Shown one piece after another: positions 32,402 to 44,498 of a stretch of 64,000 bases of DNA. The translations under genes were made by a program, and so were the position numbers. The stretch comes from Mytilus trossulus (Eukaryota), in NCBI RefSeq assembly GCF_036588685.1, contig NC_086377.1, forward strand, positions 13,516,001-13,580,000. The letters run 5' to 3'. The notes under the pieces are model-generated. The model did no database searches. It had not been told where the DNA came from and saw nothing but the letters and a program-made list of their open reading frames with translations. Positions within the stretch are counted from its first letter, which is position 1, and each line of letters starts with the position of its first letter.

Positions 32402-33900
32402 TATTTAATAAAAGAAGTGCGAATGCTGTCGAGTTTGCCAGCATTCTTATTTCGCTCAGCCTGAGATCGTGATCTTTCGGGTGGCGGAACACTTTCAGTT
32501 TCCATTTCAGTTTCGATGATAAGTGTTGAAAATCTGTTGTGCGAGGAGAGTCGTCGATCTCCAGGACTACCCGCAGCTGGTGTATCTCCGCCTCGACCCC
32601 TACCCCGCGACCTCGAATCAGAAGACTTCTGAGAGGATGTATTTCCTGGCTTCTTTTGGACATCCTTCTTTTCTTGAGAACGAAGAGGAGATGGGGCTCT
32701 GGTAGACTGTGTACTGGACGAAGAAGATACCTTCTTGGGTGCAGATGAAGGAAGACTTTTGGAGGTGGAAGAATCATCTATGTCACTGGGAAGATCCCAG
32801 ACAGATTCATCGCTCCAATTGTGTATTTCTACTGTTTCTTTTTATTTTTTTTCTCATTTTTTTTGGTGATGATAGTGAGCTCTGTAGGGAAGATTGAGTT
32901 GACTGAGTACTGGTTTGGAAGATATTGGTTTTCTTGGAATTAATATTCTATCGGTAGGTTCTGTTTCAACAGGCAGCATTTTAAAATTGTCCGCATCAAT
33001 TGGCCAAGTCATGCGAGTTTGTGTATTCTCGTGACTGAATGAGCGGACAACTTTGCTGGCGTACGATGGTCTGTTTGAAACAAGGAGATCATTCGAAACA
33101 GAAGCTATCTGTTTATCTTCTGGGTAACTAATGTTTCTTTCTGTTTTGATTTTAATAATATTTTTTTCTTTAAGGTAAACAGGGCAGTCCCTAGACGATG
33201 AAAAATGGGATTCACCACAGTTTACACATTTAGAAGATTCAGAGTGACAGTTTGTTCCCTCGTGTCCTTCGTCAGAACACTTGAAGCATCTCTGCTTACC
33301 ACGACATTGTTTGCTTCCATGACCAAACTTTTGACAAGTAAAGCATCGAATTGGGTTTGGGATAAACATGTCAACTCTGATTCCGAAGCAACCTAAAGTA
33401 ATAGATGGAGGAGGAGTTGGAGTTCTAAAGGTTAAAAGATAAGTATTTAATTTGATTATATTTCCATTCTTTTTAATTTGAAATCTAATAACATTAGTTA
33501 CACCTTGGCTTGAAAGTTCCTCACCGATTTCTTCCACGGTAAGGTCACCAAGGTCTCGAATGATCCCCTTACAGCTGTTCAAACTGTTATGAGGAGAGGC
33601 AGAAACAGGAAAGTTTGTTATTGTAGTCATTGTAAGTAAATTTGTTGATTGACTTTTGTTGGAACATTCAACCAACAAATTGCCAGATCTCATTTTTGAA
33701 ACTTTTTTAACAGTACCAGCAACGCTTTGAATTTGTTTGTGAATTACAAAGGGCGATATTTTTGAAATTGGTTTTTCTTCTGTTCCTTTTATTACAATAA
33801 ATCTGGGCCAACTGTCATCTTCCCGACAGGGCTCTGAATCATCACATTTTCTTTTCTTATGTATTAAAGCTGATTTAGAGGGTTTGTTTTGTTGTGCCAT
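32401..33900 (-). pseudogene. LINE ORF1 (gag-like nucleic-acid-binding protein with three zinc knuckles), frameshift near 32880
   Basis: MAQQNK...WPRFIVI...CFTCQKFGHGSKQC, CFKCSDEGHEGTNC, CVNCGESHFSSSRDC. The C-terminal NRFSTL...SFIK* is in another frame and ends at TAA 32403-32401. Confidence 0.9.
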
Positions 33901-34656
33901 ATGAAAGGAGAAAGATTCACCATTCTTGCCATCCACCCACCTCGGAGTGCCTACAAGGGCGATGCTGTGTTTCCGTGGCGAACCGGGATCGAGTGCTAAT
34001 GCTGAAAACGAGCTCCAAATATAATGTAGCTGGTCCTCAAAATCAGCACCCAAGATCCACTGCGGAAAGCACCAGATGTTCCAAGAATAGTATACTCAAG
34101 CAGAGCGTATCCATCAAGCGAAAAAGAAAGCGTACCACTTGATTGACCCATGAGCCATCGCCTTCTTGAGATATGATAGGATATACATGTATTATTTATG
34201 TCAATAACACCATATGAAGCAACTATTATATGACATTTTTATTGTATATCAGTTCAACAAAAATGGAGTTTCTGAAGTTTTCAGTGCTGGGACAGAATCA
34301 TTGGCTGTGCTAATTTGGTCCTTTGTCATGATTCCCGGAGCTCAGATGAGATCCCAACCAGACCATTGCAATGCAGCCCACCTTCCAGGAATGCCAAGTT
34401 TGTATTTATCAAGATTTAAACTGTTCATGTGTAAGCAGAACACGTATTTTAACAACCACTTCTGAATCCACCATTTTCTACATTTGAAAATGCCTGTACC
34501 AAGTCAGGAATATGACAGTTTTTGTCCATTAGTTTTTTTATGCGTTTTGTTATTTGATTTTGTCATGTGTTTGTGGACTTTCCAAATTGATTTTCCTCTG
34601 AGTTCAGTATTTTTTGTGATTTAATTTTTTAACATGATCAAAGTAAAAGTATATTT

Positions 34657-34953
34657 TTGCCTGAAGATGACGATAGACAAAATAAAGTGGACGATGTTCA
34701 ATACACAGTAACAATACCTATTAAAGGTTCAACCTATTGTGAAGACTACCAGAACAATTATAAATTTACACCTACTTCCATAAGATTGAAAAAAGAAGTT
34801 TTAGTCGAAATGTTACAAGAAACAGATAATCCAAAGGACAAAAATGCAATTATTATGAAGACAAACATTGATGGTAAGCTACATCCCCTTGGCAATGTAG
34901 GACTTCAGAATATTCCCAAGGTAGCAGTAGCAATGAGAAAAAAAACGAATTAG
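34657..34953 (+). pseudogene. HIRAN-domain fragment, probably transposon-borne
   Basis: IKGSTY...VEMLQETDNPKDKNAIIM...LGNV resembles the HIRAN 'ExxNPxDxNAI...LGYV' signature. Confidence 0.55.
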
Positions 34954-35206
34954 TGAAAATAAGTCAAACATGTAACCTCATGGTTTGTCAAAAACATTAA
35001 TGAAAGAAAGTTAAGGGGATCTTTATTACTATAGTAGACGGGCAAGTGGCTATCAGATGCACAGGACAACATGTACAACTATTAGCTCTAATCAATTGCA
35101 CCTTAAATCATGTATATGAGACCTTTCTAAATGTTCATGAAACATCTATCGTCTTGTTCAATGTTTATATAACTATATTTTTGTATTTGTAATAAAGATT
35201 CATGTT

Positions 35207-37557
35207 TGTCGCGAACCGCGATTTATATTATATTATAGAGAAATGAAAGATATAGTTGAAACTCAAATGAAACAGCAAAATGAAATATTAATTAGACAAC
35301 AAATGAAAGAAAACGATGAGTCATCTGTGAAACTGCCAAAGATAGATATAATTTCATTTTATGGTGACAAAATTAAATGGATAGAATTCTGGGATTCTTT
35401 CGAAAGCACTATACACAAGAACAAAAAACTTTCGAAGGTTGAGAAATTCAATTATTTGAAAAGTAAACTTGGTGGTGAAGCAAAACAAGCAATATCAGGT
35501 TTAAACTTGTCAAATGATAATTACGAAGTTGTAGTTTCAATTTTGCAAGAAAGATTCGGAAACATTCAGGTTGTTATTGATTTACATTATAATGAGATGA
35601 TTAATTTAGAATCGGCGTCAAACAAAACTTCTTCTCTGAGAAAGTTCATGGATACATTAAATCGTCATCTACGTAGTTTAGAGGTGTTAAAGCAAAATGT
35701 GAGCCAAGACATATTCGTATCTATGGTTAAAAGCAAGTTACCAGAGGAAGTTCTTCTTCAGTTAGAAATTCAAAAGGAATCACAAGAAAAATGGACAGTT
35801 ATGAGTTTATGTGACAAATTACGTGATTATGTGGTTGCGAGAGAAAAGTCTGACAAAAAGGAGACACCCAAAGAACGATCCAACGGAGCGTCAAACGGAT
35901 CGTCCAACAGAGCGTTCAACGGAGGACAGACATTCCGTCCTAAGAATAAACCTTGGCAGACAAAAAATTCCAGATATCAGAATGGTAATCGAAATGGTCA
36001 ATTAGTGAATTCAGCTGACGCTTTAGTGGCAACTACAGATAGTAAACCAAGTAACATATCTTATTTTGACAAATGTAGATATTGTTATCAACAACATTGG
36101 AGTGATGAATGCCCAAAGTATCAAAGTATTGAAGAACGCAAACGACAATTAAAAGGAAGTTGTTATAAATGTCTAAAATATGGACACCAATCAACTGATT
36201 GCAAAAGAAACAAAATATGCATCCATTGTAATGAAAAAGATTCTCACCATAGAAGTTTATGTCCTAAGAAATTCAAGTTAAAATTAACCAGTGTTCATTT
36301 GTCAGAAGAATACAATGGTAATGTCAACGAAGAATGTGTCAATGGTATAAATTTGGACTCTTATTCTGATGAAGGATGTGAAGTTGTTCATGAAAATGTG
36401 TTTATTTCATCTAGTGAAATGGTTTTGATGCAAACAGCTAAAACTAAAATTGGGAATCCTACTAATTCTATGCAACAGGAGACAAGAATTGTATTTGATT
36501 CTGGATCCCAGAGGACATATATTTCCCAGAAACTGGCCAACAAAATCAAACTGAAAGGTGAAAAAGAAGAGGAAATAAAACTTATAACATTCGGCAGTGA
36601 TAAACCGAAAATTGTGAAGACATCTTCAACAAAATTGAACATCAAACTTAACAACGGGAAAACAGAAGATGGATGTTTTTCTAAATTCATTCGTAAGGAA
36701 TACCTTTTTAGACATTTAAGTTCTATTCATCAACTTTCAAAAATGGATGCTAGACGTAAAGCTATAGAGGCTAAAAGAGGAGATATTAAAACTCCGGAAA
36801 ACCAATACTACGAAGACGTAAGTGATGATGATACAATTCTAGATTTGTTACAAGACCTGAGTGACGTTCAAGATATTGGGGGAGATTTTAATATTGATGA
36901 ATTCTTATCAATTGATGAAGGTGAAAATTTAATTCATGATGAAAATTTGAATGATTGTCTTTCAAGTACTGAAAGTGTAGGCTTAATGGAAACGAAGATG
37001 TTTTACGAAGACATTTCATCTCCTGATTCTTTTGAGCACAGTGTCGAAAATAATAATACATATAATGAAGTAATTGTGATAAGTGATGAAGAATACCGTA
37101 ACAATTCTGAAACTGCTGTAGATATTTCCCATGTGACAACAAAAACACAAACAATCGTACTGACATTTACCAGGACTGTTTCATATATCAATGGAGATGA
37201 AGTTTTTTCTGAAGTCGAAACAGAACAACAATACTCTGAACATTATAATTAAAACCCAAATGTCTGGGTCGGGAGTGTCGCGAACCGCGATTTATATTCT
37301 TTTCATTTTCAATGTGCTCCATACTTATTATTATGTAATTTACAGATCCGTTCATTGTATTCATAACTCCGTTAATTGTCTATTATTTATGTAATTTATT
37401 CACGTGGCATATCTTCAACGGAGAAACGGAGTTGTATTTTGTTTAAAAGAAAAAGATTTGTAATTTGAAATTAGAGTAAAAATAAATGTTATACAGTGAT
37501 TATGAGTTGTGTCTTAAATAAATTCCAATGATTGTGTTGACAAGGACTTACGCAACA
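35207..37557 (+). mobile_element. Internally deleted BEL/Pao LTR retrotransposon
   Basis: 23-bp LTR stub TGTCGCGAACCGCGATTTATATT at 35207. The same sequence starts a 282-bp LTR at 37276-37557 (TGTCGCG...CGCAACA) after the purine-rich tract GGGTCGGGAG. Confidence 0.85.
35243..37252 (+). CDS. BEL/Pao Gag (DUF1759) with zinc knuckles and partial aspartic protease, fused in frame to a C2H2-half/acidic tail; no RT, RNase H or integrase
   Basis: VKLPKIDIISFYGDKIKWIEFWDSF; CRYCYQQHWSDEC, CYKCLKYGHQSTDC, CIHC..HHRSLC; protease IVFDSGSQRTYIS; after ~36660, GCFSKFIRKEYLFRHLSSIH then a D/E-rich region. Confidence 0.85.
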   Translation: MKDIVETQMKQQNEILIRQQMKENDESSVKLPKIDIISFYGDKIKWIEFWDSFESTIHKNKKLSKVEKFNYLKSKLGGEAKQAISGLNLSNDNYEVVVSILQERFGNIQVVIDLHYNEMINLESASNKTSSLRKFMDTLNRHLRSLEVLKQNVSQDIFVSMVKSKLPEEVLLQLEIQKESQEKWTVMSLCDKLRDYVVAREKSDKKETPKERSNGASNGSSNRAFNGGQTFRPKNKPWQTKNSRYQNGNRNGQLVNSADALVATTDSKPSNISYFDKCRYCYQQHWSDECPKYQSIEERKRQLKGSCYKCLKYGHQSTDCKRNKICIHCNEKDSHHRSLCPKKFKLKLTSVHLSEEYNGNVNEECVNGINLDSYSDEGCEVVHENVFISSSEMVLMQTAKTKIGNPTNSMQQETRIVFDSGSQRTYISQKLANKIKLKGEKEEEIKLITFGSDKPKIVKTSSTKLNIKLNNGKTEDGCFSKFIRKEYLFRHLSSIHQLSKMDARRKAIEAKRGDIKTPENQYYEDVSDDDTILDLLQDLSDVQDIGGDFNIDEFLSIDEGENLIHDENLNDCLSSTESVGLMETKMFYEDISSPDSFEHSVENNNTYNEVIVISDEEYRNNSETAVDISHVTTKTQTIVLTFTRTVSYINGDEVFSEVETEQQYSEHYN

Positions 37558-37562
37558 TTGTT

Positions 37563-37580
37563 TGGTGCCGGGACCCGGGA
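37563..37580 (+). promoter_or_regulatory. tRNA-His-like primer-binding site downstream of the LTR
   Basis: TGGTGCCGGGACCCGGGA, 5 nt after the LTR's terminal ACA; resembles the complement of the tRNA-His 3' end (TGGTGCCGTGACTCGGAT). Confidence 0.6.
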
Positions 37581-39185
37581 CCTTTACTAATTGTTGCTTC
37601 TATTTTCAACCCATTGATTGATTGATCTGTAATAATAGATATTTGTTCAAGTTAACTTCCATTGATGGCTTCCAGGCTGCTCCTGTATTTTATTATGTAG
37701 ATTTTGCAGACTTGGTTATTTTTAATCAGCCTGTCTAGACTTGTTATTGACGGTTTTGATCATGATAGTTTGGGTTTATGTTTTTTTAGGATCAACTTTT
37801 CATGTTGTGATTTGGTAGAATCCATGGTAATAGCCCCCGGTTGGCTAGTGGAGTCGTTATACGGCATACTGTCAAAATTATTTTATGTAGGGTTTTTTGA
37901 AGACTTCAAATGATTATTCCTGACAATATTGTACCAGTATATATTTTTCCTTTATACACCATTTTTACATTATACAATATTGTGTTCATCATCAATATGC
38001 ATTATGTTGTTTCTAAAAGAGGGACGAAAGATACCAAAGGGACAGTCAAACTCATAAATCTAAAAACAAACTGACAACGCCATGGCTAAATATGAAAAAA
38101 AGACAAACAGAGAAACAATAGTACACATGACACAACATCGAAAACTAAAGAATAAACAACACGAACCCCACCAAAAACTAGGGGTGATCTCAGGTGCTCA
38201 TGAAGGGTAAGCAGTGTACTAAGTGTATCATTGTTATAATCTTTCTACACACTTATTTGTTTTATCTAGTCTCATTACATGTACATTGTAGTCCTATATG
38301 TGAACAATATTAGGTATGTTGATGAACATGTATATTGATAAAGTATTATCATTAAATATAACTATTTTTTCTAAATATTTGATCTTTTAGAAAAAAAGAT
38401 ACTTCAAGCAGAAAGATCTTTTTTCTTCATTTTACCTACTATATCTTTTTTATTTTTATTTTTTTTCTGGTAAAACTATTAATTTGTCCAGTCGAAAAAA
38501 TGGAAATGTTCAATATTATTTACACAACCAACATGATTGTCAATTCATCAATAATGTCAAAACATTTTGCATCTCGTCATTCACTCAAGACAGCTTCGTG
38601 GAATATTGAAGGATTGACCACAAGATCCTTACATTCTGGAAAGTATTTCCAAGTTTCATATAGTCAGATTTGAAGGGGAAAAAAGCAACCCATGGTTAAA
38701 TATCATTATTTAAAACTTTGGTTTATCCTATTTGTCAAATGATAATAGATATAGGAAGATGTGGTTACTATTAAACCCCTTTTGGGTTTTATAAGACAAA
38801 GACTAATTGACCATGGTTTTTCAGAAACAACATGCAAATATTTCAGCATCTCCTAAATTAAAATTTTTCCCAAAGTGTTTACAAAATGAGTGAACGGTTA
38901 TGTTGATGCATTAAGAGATAGATCAGGTCGATCATCATTGTGTAAATTTAATCTTTAATCTTTTATTCACACATATATATATAATCTGCCCTTGAATTAA
39001 AAGCGGCAATGAAATTTCGCAGAGAAAAATGCTGCCTACTTTCACGTTTCCCGACAGCATAACATCATTAAAATTAGTTATTATTAATTATATGAACATA
39101 TTCAATGAAAGTGCATCGCTTGAACTTTGTATTGATAATCTTCGTAATATTCAACTGTGCAAAACGTGTATCGCACAAAAACAAA

Positions 39186-39595
39186 ATGGCGGACAATGAA
39201 ATAACAATTGAATCCGTTATCAAAACAATTGAAAAGTCCAACGACCTTAATCTGGATAAAATTTTCTCAGAATATCCTCCAGAATATCCTCCAGAATGTA
39301 TACCTACAAAGTTAAAAACGCCAGCAGGCGACAAAGCCAAACGAGCTAAATATGAGTCGATAGACATCAATCTATATGAGGACAAGGCAAACATGGTTGC
39401 CTTTTGTGTGAAAGTTGATCGCATTCTCTTGTGGGTCAAAAGTATTCATGTATGGTATTATGATCATCTTGGTAACTCCGCCGAACACGATATAAGGTGG
39501 TTTGATGATCCAGCAGATTGGAATAAGAATGCAGGAGGCAATAAAGCCATATGTATTGAAATTTTAGCGAAGCATTCGCATGACACAGAGCAAAA
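39186..39595 (+). pseudogene. Possible N-terminal fragment of a LINE (CR1/L2-like) ORF1
   Basis: Starts at AAAATGGCGGAC; globular-looking MADNEITIE...RILLWVKSIHVWYY...W segment that stops abruptly where the Zator-like sequence begins. Confidence 0.3.
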
Positions 39596-41970
39596 GGTGT
39601 AGGTAGACAAAAAGTTGCAGACAAGTTTCCACAGCTGGCAGAGGTTTTAGAACTTGCATTTGGAGAAGGCTCTAAAATACATCCAAGGCTTTCCTCAGAC
39701 ACTAGATACAAAAATCTGGGTCTTGCCCTGACAATGGCAGAAGCTAGAAAAAGTTTACTACAGCTGCATCAGAAAAAAATTCTAATATAGCCTTGTCTAC
39801 CTGCTACACATATACTGAAAACTACCGTAAGAATTCAAGACAAGCACTCCGCCACCATATCGATCAAGATGTAAATGCTAAGATATCTTTAAAAAAAAAC
39901 TTCCACGTGTAGGCATGATGGATGAGAGGGTGAATGCTCATTACTGCCGGGCAAACGTTAACTTTCACTTAGACATGGCAGCTAATGATAAATATGACTG
40001 CTTAGTGGATGCCAAAGATGCAAAAGGTGTAATATGTGCAGATATCGACCCTGTACAGAACATGGGAAAAGGCTGGGAAAAAAGACAATCGACTAGATCA
40101 CCAATTTGATCAGTCAAGAACGAATGCGTGTACACCAATGACCCATCTTTTTCTCCAGTCGATAACTTCTGATGCTATCATCCACTTTGACAATCTTACA
40201 TTAATGAACGTTGTAAGGACAGGTCAACCAGTTACATAAGTAAACATATCCTTCTTCGAGCCAGAGACAATTTTTAGGTGTTTTAATGAACTTTTTCTTC
40301 TGCTTTCCATTCCAGCATTAGATATGTTTTTCAGAAATCCTTCAACACATACTTTGAAGAAAAAATGGATTTTTGTTGTAGATAATGGACCATCTGAGGC
40401 ACCAGCAAGCACACTTGTAAGAATGCTCTTGGTTAGACTAGTAAATGTCATGAACTTAGAAAAGGCCACACAAATCTCCTTTGAAACATTAAATTCCAAA
40501 TATAATCCTGCAGAGAGACCACATGCTGCTAAAAATTTGGTTCTTAGTCGACATGGTCCATTTAAATCTAAAAAGCTTTTCATCCATAAAAAATCAAAAC
40601 CTGGATTTTCTGACCAACTCGAAAACATGGAAGCCATAGCAAAAGATGGTATTGGATGCTTGAGATCAGCTAAATTTGGAAGCAATCAGTTTTTTGGCTT
40701 TAAATTAGAGGAATTCAAGAGCAGTACATATTTCTAAACGACGAAACAAGTTTGAGGAATTTCTTAAATTTTCAGAACAAGGCAAGGACAACTGCCATAC
40801 AGAATATACAACAACAGATTGTCCCTCTTTTAACAGATATGTGTCATGCATGGGAGTTGCAAAGAGAATTCAACGGCAATTATTTGGACGACTATAATCA
40901 TTTGTCAATTTCAATTGACGATGATATCAGGACTGCATGGTTGACAGAATATTCTGCAACCATATTTTCACGTTATAACAACTTAGAATATAAATATGTC
41001 AAAGAGCCCCTTCCAGATTACATTCGATGGCTCTCTAGCAATGGCGAATTACACTATGTGTTATGAGGCAAAACAGGCTGTTCCATTTGGTGAATGGGAT
41101 TCTGAAGAACAATTCCTTCCAACCCGTATTTTAAACCTTATTAGTGAACTTGTTGTTGACATTCCCGAGTCTTTCCTTGATTCTGTCTCTACTGACATGG
41201 CTAACTCCTGATTAAGTGCAAAAAGAGCTGGTAAAGATGTCAGAGAAAATGTTAAGTCAGCTCAAAAATAAAGAAATAAAAGAAAGATGGAAAACACATG
41301 ACTTATTCAAAAAAACTGTTGTAGAACTACAGAATGAAGCAAAACAGCTAAATATTCCAAATGCCATGAAAAGTTCTAAAACAGAGTTGGTTGAAAATAT
41401 TGCTCAAAGTAAAGCCTTAACAGTTCCATCAGATGTAGATACTTATGATGGAAGTATAAGTGACATTTCAATGGATTTGAACAGGCTAACCATCAAAAGT
41501 ATTGAAATACCACAATTTAAACTATCGTGGCACAAAAGATGAGCTTGTAATGAAAGTATTCCTTCTGAGAGACAAGCGTTCATATATGATAGTTGAATCA
41601 GTTGTAAGTAAGATAACAAAATTGGGAGAAATAGTGGTCAGTCTTATAATTTGGCAAATTTTCGACTGGTTAGACAATGTGTTGAAATCAAAACTTGAAA
41701 TTGACCAGGAGAGGCAAATTGAAACAAAACACAATTCCAATAAACCTGATCCTTATGAACAGTGCAAGGAGACTGGAGCCAAACTTAAAACGTATTGGTC
41801 ACGTGCAGAAATTGGAACATTGGTTGGTATGTTGCCAATGTAGTTTGGATATTGAATATCAAAAGGAACCTGGTTGTGTGTATTCAGTGGATTACACCAA
41901 ATTTTCAGAAGGGAAAATTAAAGTTTATTTCATCCCCATTTTATTCCTAGACAAACAGTTTAGGGTAAAT
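39596..41970 (+). pseudogene. Degenerate Zator/TP36-like DDE transposase with C-terminal SAP-like motifs
   Basis: Across frameshifts: HPRL, AHYCRAN, KDAKGVI, DHQFD, VVDNGPSEAP, SKYNPAERPH (compare Zator DDKA..DHDF..DGGPDENP..NxVERR); later SSKTELVE and LNYRGTKDELVMKV. Confidence 0.6.
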
Positions 41971-42640
41971 TAATCTATGTTGCATTTTATGATTTCTGTA
42001 AAACTATGTGTTTATATGTTTTTATATAAAAGGACCAATATGAACATTCATTTTTGTGCTAAATATTCTTTTTCTTTTATCATTTTTTTTTTTAATTCTG
42101 TTTTAATATTTATATCAGTATATCTATAATACTAAAATTACGAGGTCCAATTTATCAGCCGTTATCACGTTAAAACGACGAATCAAAGAATTCGACTTTA
42201 TATATAACTAATATAGTACAAAGGTGTAGATTAAAAATTACACCACTCCAGGCCCTTTTGTTTTCCACGTAATTAATATTGCTAATAATTAAGAAGTTCC
42301 GGGTCGAGTCCGACACCGATACCAATAGTATATGTAACATAAAGCTTCCGGTCATATCGCATGTGTAAGTTGAACATTTTGAAAAAACTATTTTAAGTCG
42401 AACTCAATTGAACAGAATAATAACACGGATACCAATAGTATATATATGTAACATATAGCTTCCGTTCATATTGCATGTATAAGTTGAACATTCTGAAAAA
42501 ACTATTTTAGGTCGAACTCAGTTAAAGTTCAACTGAAAAGTAATGCTTACAGTGTGGGGTTGCCTTGATGACCAACACCAACACCCGCTTAAATTCGTTC
42601 ACTCATTTAAAGCCACAATGGAGAGAACCCAAATCGAGAC

Positions 42641-42896
42641 TTCAGTGCACAACGTTAACCCACAGGAATCAGAAGTTTTCTGTAAATAATAAAGTCGACT
42701 ATCAAATTATAGACCTTCTCGCTTAGTTCAGTGCACAACGTTAACCCACAGGAATCGGATGTTTTCTGTAAATAATAAAGTCGACTATCAAATTATAGAC
42801 CTTCTCGCTTACTTCAGTGCACAACGTTAACCCACAGGAATCGGAAGTTTTCTGTAAATAATAAAGTCGACTATCAAATTATAGACCTTCTCGCTT
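42641..42896. repeat. Three 86-bp tandem repeats in the Helitron 5' region
   Basis: TTCAGTGCACAACGTTAACCCACAGGAATC... at 42641, 42727 and 42813. Confidence 0.9.
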
Positions 42897-44498
42897 CTCT
42901 ACGCTCTGAAAAAAACTATTTGAGTACACTGCATTCACAGTAACAAAATAAAAAGGTGGGCGATGTGGGTACACTTGCACTGCTAGCCTAGGGTAACTGT
43001 CTTGACAGTAACAACATGAAAAGGGGTGGGCAATGTGGGTACACTGACACTGGGCGATTTTGGGTATCCCGGCATAAGGGTTCCACTTATAACCAACACA
43101 CGCTACCGTTTGAGCTGAATGGAAAATCCTAAAGGATAACAAATCTATACTAAATTTATCTGAAATAAATTTATAATATAAAAATAAGGAGATTTTGTAT
43201 CATAGCATTGCAATGAGACACAGTTCAAAAAGAACTGGGACCTTATTCACAAAGCATCCGTTAACTAACAGACCTGTTAACGACTATGTCCATTCCGTAA
43301 TCATTATGCTAACAGGTGCACCTGTTGGTATGCAAATTAATCACCCACAGGAATCGGAAGTTCTATCAATAATAGCATAGCAATGAGAAACAGTTAAAAA
43401 TAAACTGGGACCTTATTCACAAAGCCATTCTGTAAACGTTATGCTAACAGGTGCACTATTAACAAACCCGTTGGTATGGAAATTTCATTTTATTAATGCT
43501 TCAGATATTTATATTGGTTTAAATTTCAGAGAGATATTAACGGGTCCTTAAGCTAACAGATGCTTTGTGAATAAGCTCCCTGTTCAACTTAGATCATTTA
43601 TATAATTGGTATGCAGGTGTACATTTCAATAGATTAACATAAAAAAAATCAGTGCACTCCCTCAGTCATCATGGTCATGCTCCAGTGACTTTGAAAATAT
43701 TACTAAATTTTCTAATTAAATGTACATGATGTAGGTCATTTAGGTGATTTTCAGAAGAACTTGCTTCAGCCACTTAGAAAATATTACACACACAGTTTTC
43801 TAATTAAATGTGCGTAATTTTTACAAGAACTGTTCATACATTTGTACATGGCCATAAACATTTGATATGGATGTATATCTATAAATGCCTAATCCCCTCT
43901 GTAACACCCCTCAGTCACACTTCATGGACTAAAAATCTTGCAGATTGCTGATTTCTTAGTAGAGAATTCATTTTGTTGTAAATACATTTATCTCAACTAT
44001 GCATGTGTACTATACATACATTTGTAATATCACATGCGAGACATATCTATCTTCACATCCTGTTTAAATACTCATTCAGTACCTCCACATGCATGTCTGT
44101 GTTTACAGCCAGTTCTCCAAAATATTTTTTTATCTTCAATCTGATAATTTTTTTACATAAATAAGGCTGTTATTTTTCTGTTTTTAATTGTTTTACATTG
44201 TCTTATCAGGCCCTTTTATAGCTGACTATGGGGTATGGGCTTTGCTCATTGTTGAAGGCCGCACGGCTACCTATAGTTGTTTATGTCTGTGGCATTTTGC
44301 TCTTTTGTGGATAGTTGTCTCATTAGCAATCATACCACATCTTCTTTTCATATAACATGTATATGCATCTCGCAAAATCTAACTACAAGTTGCAAAAATG
44401 TTATGTTTCCTATATTTCAGTTGCATCAACACTGTTTATGCTTGAAAACATTTCAATACCATAATTTTATTTTAATATACAGATTTATTAGATCTGAC

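Larger units (their letters stand above)
28486..34167 (-). mobile_element. Full-length I/Nimb-type non-LTR retrotransposon (LINE), frameshifted
   Basis: 15-bp TSD GAGATATGATAGGAT (28471-28485 / 34168-34182); (CAAT)n tail; gag-like ORF1; ORF2 with APE, RT, RNase H and CCHC. Confidence 0.95.

Noticed and set aside
35202-37562. 5-bp TSD (ATGTT/TTGTT) around the BEL element
   Set aside because: Only a 4/5 match, and the right copy is equally explained as the spacer before the PBS.
37580-38700. Further EnSpm transposase or accessory fragments on the minus strand (e.g. VKMVYKGKIYTGTIL)
   Set aside because: Too degraded to call without alignment.
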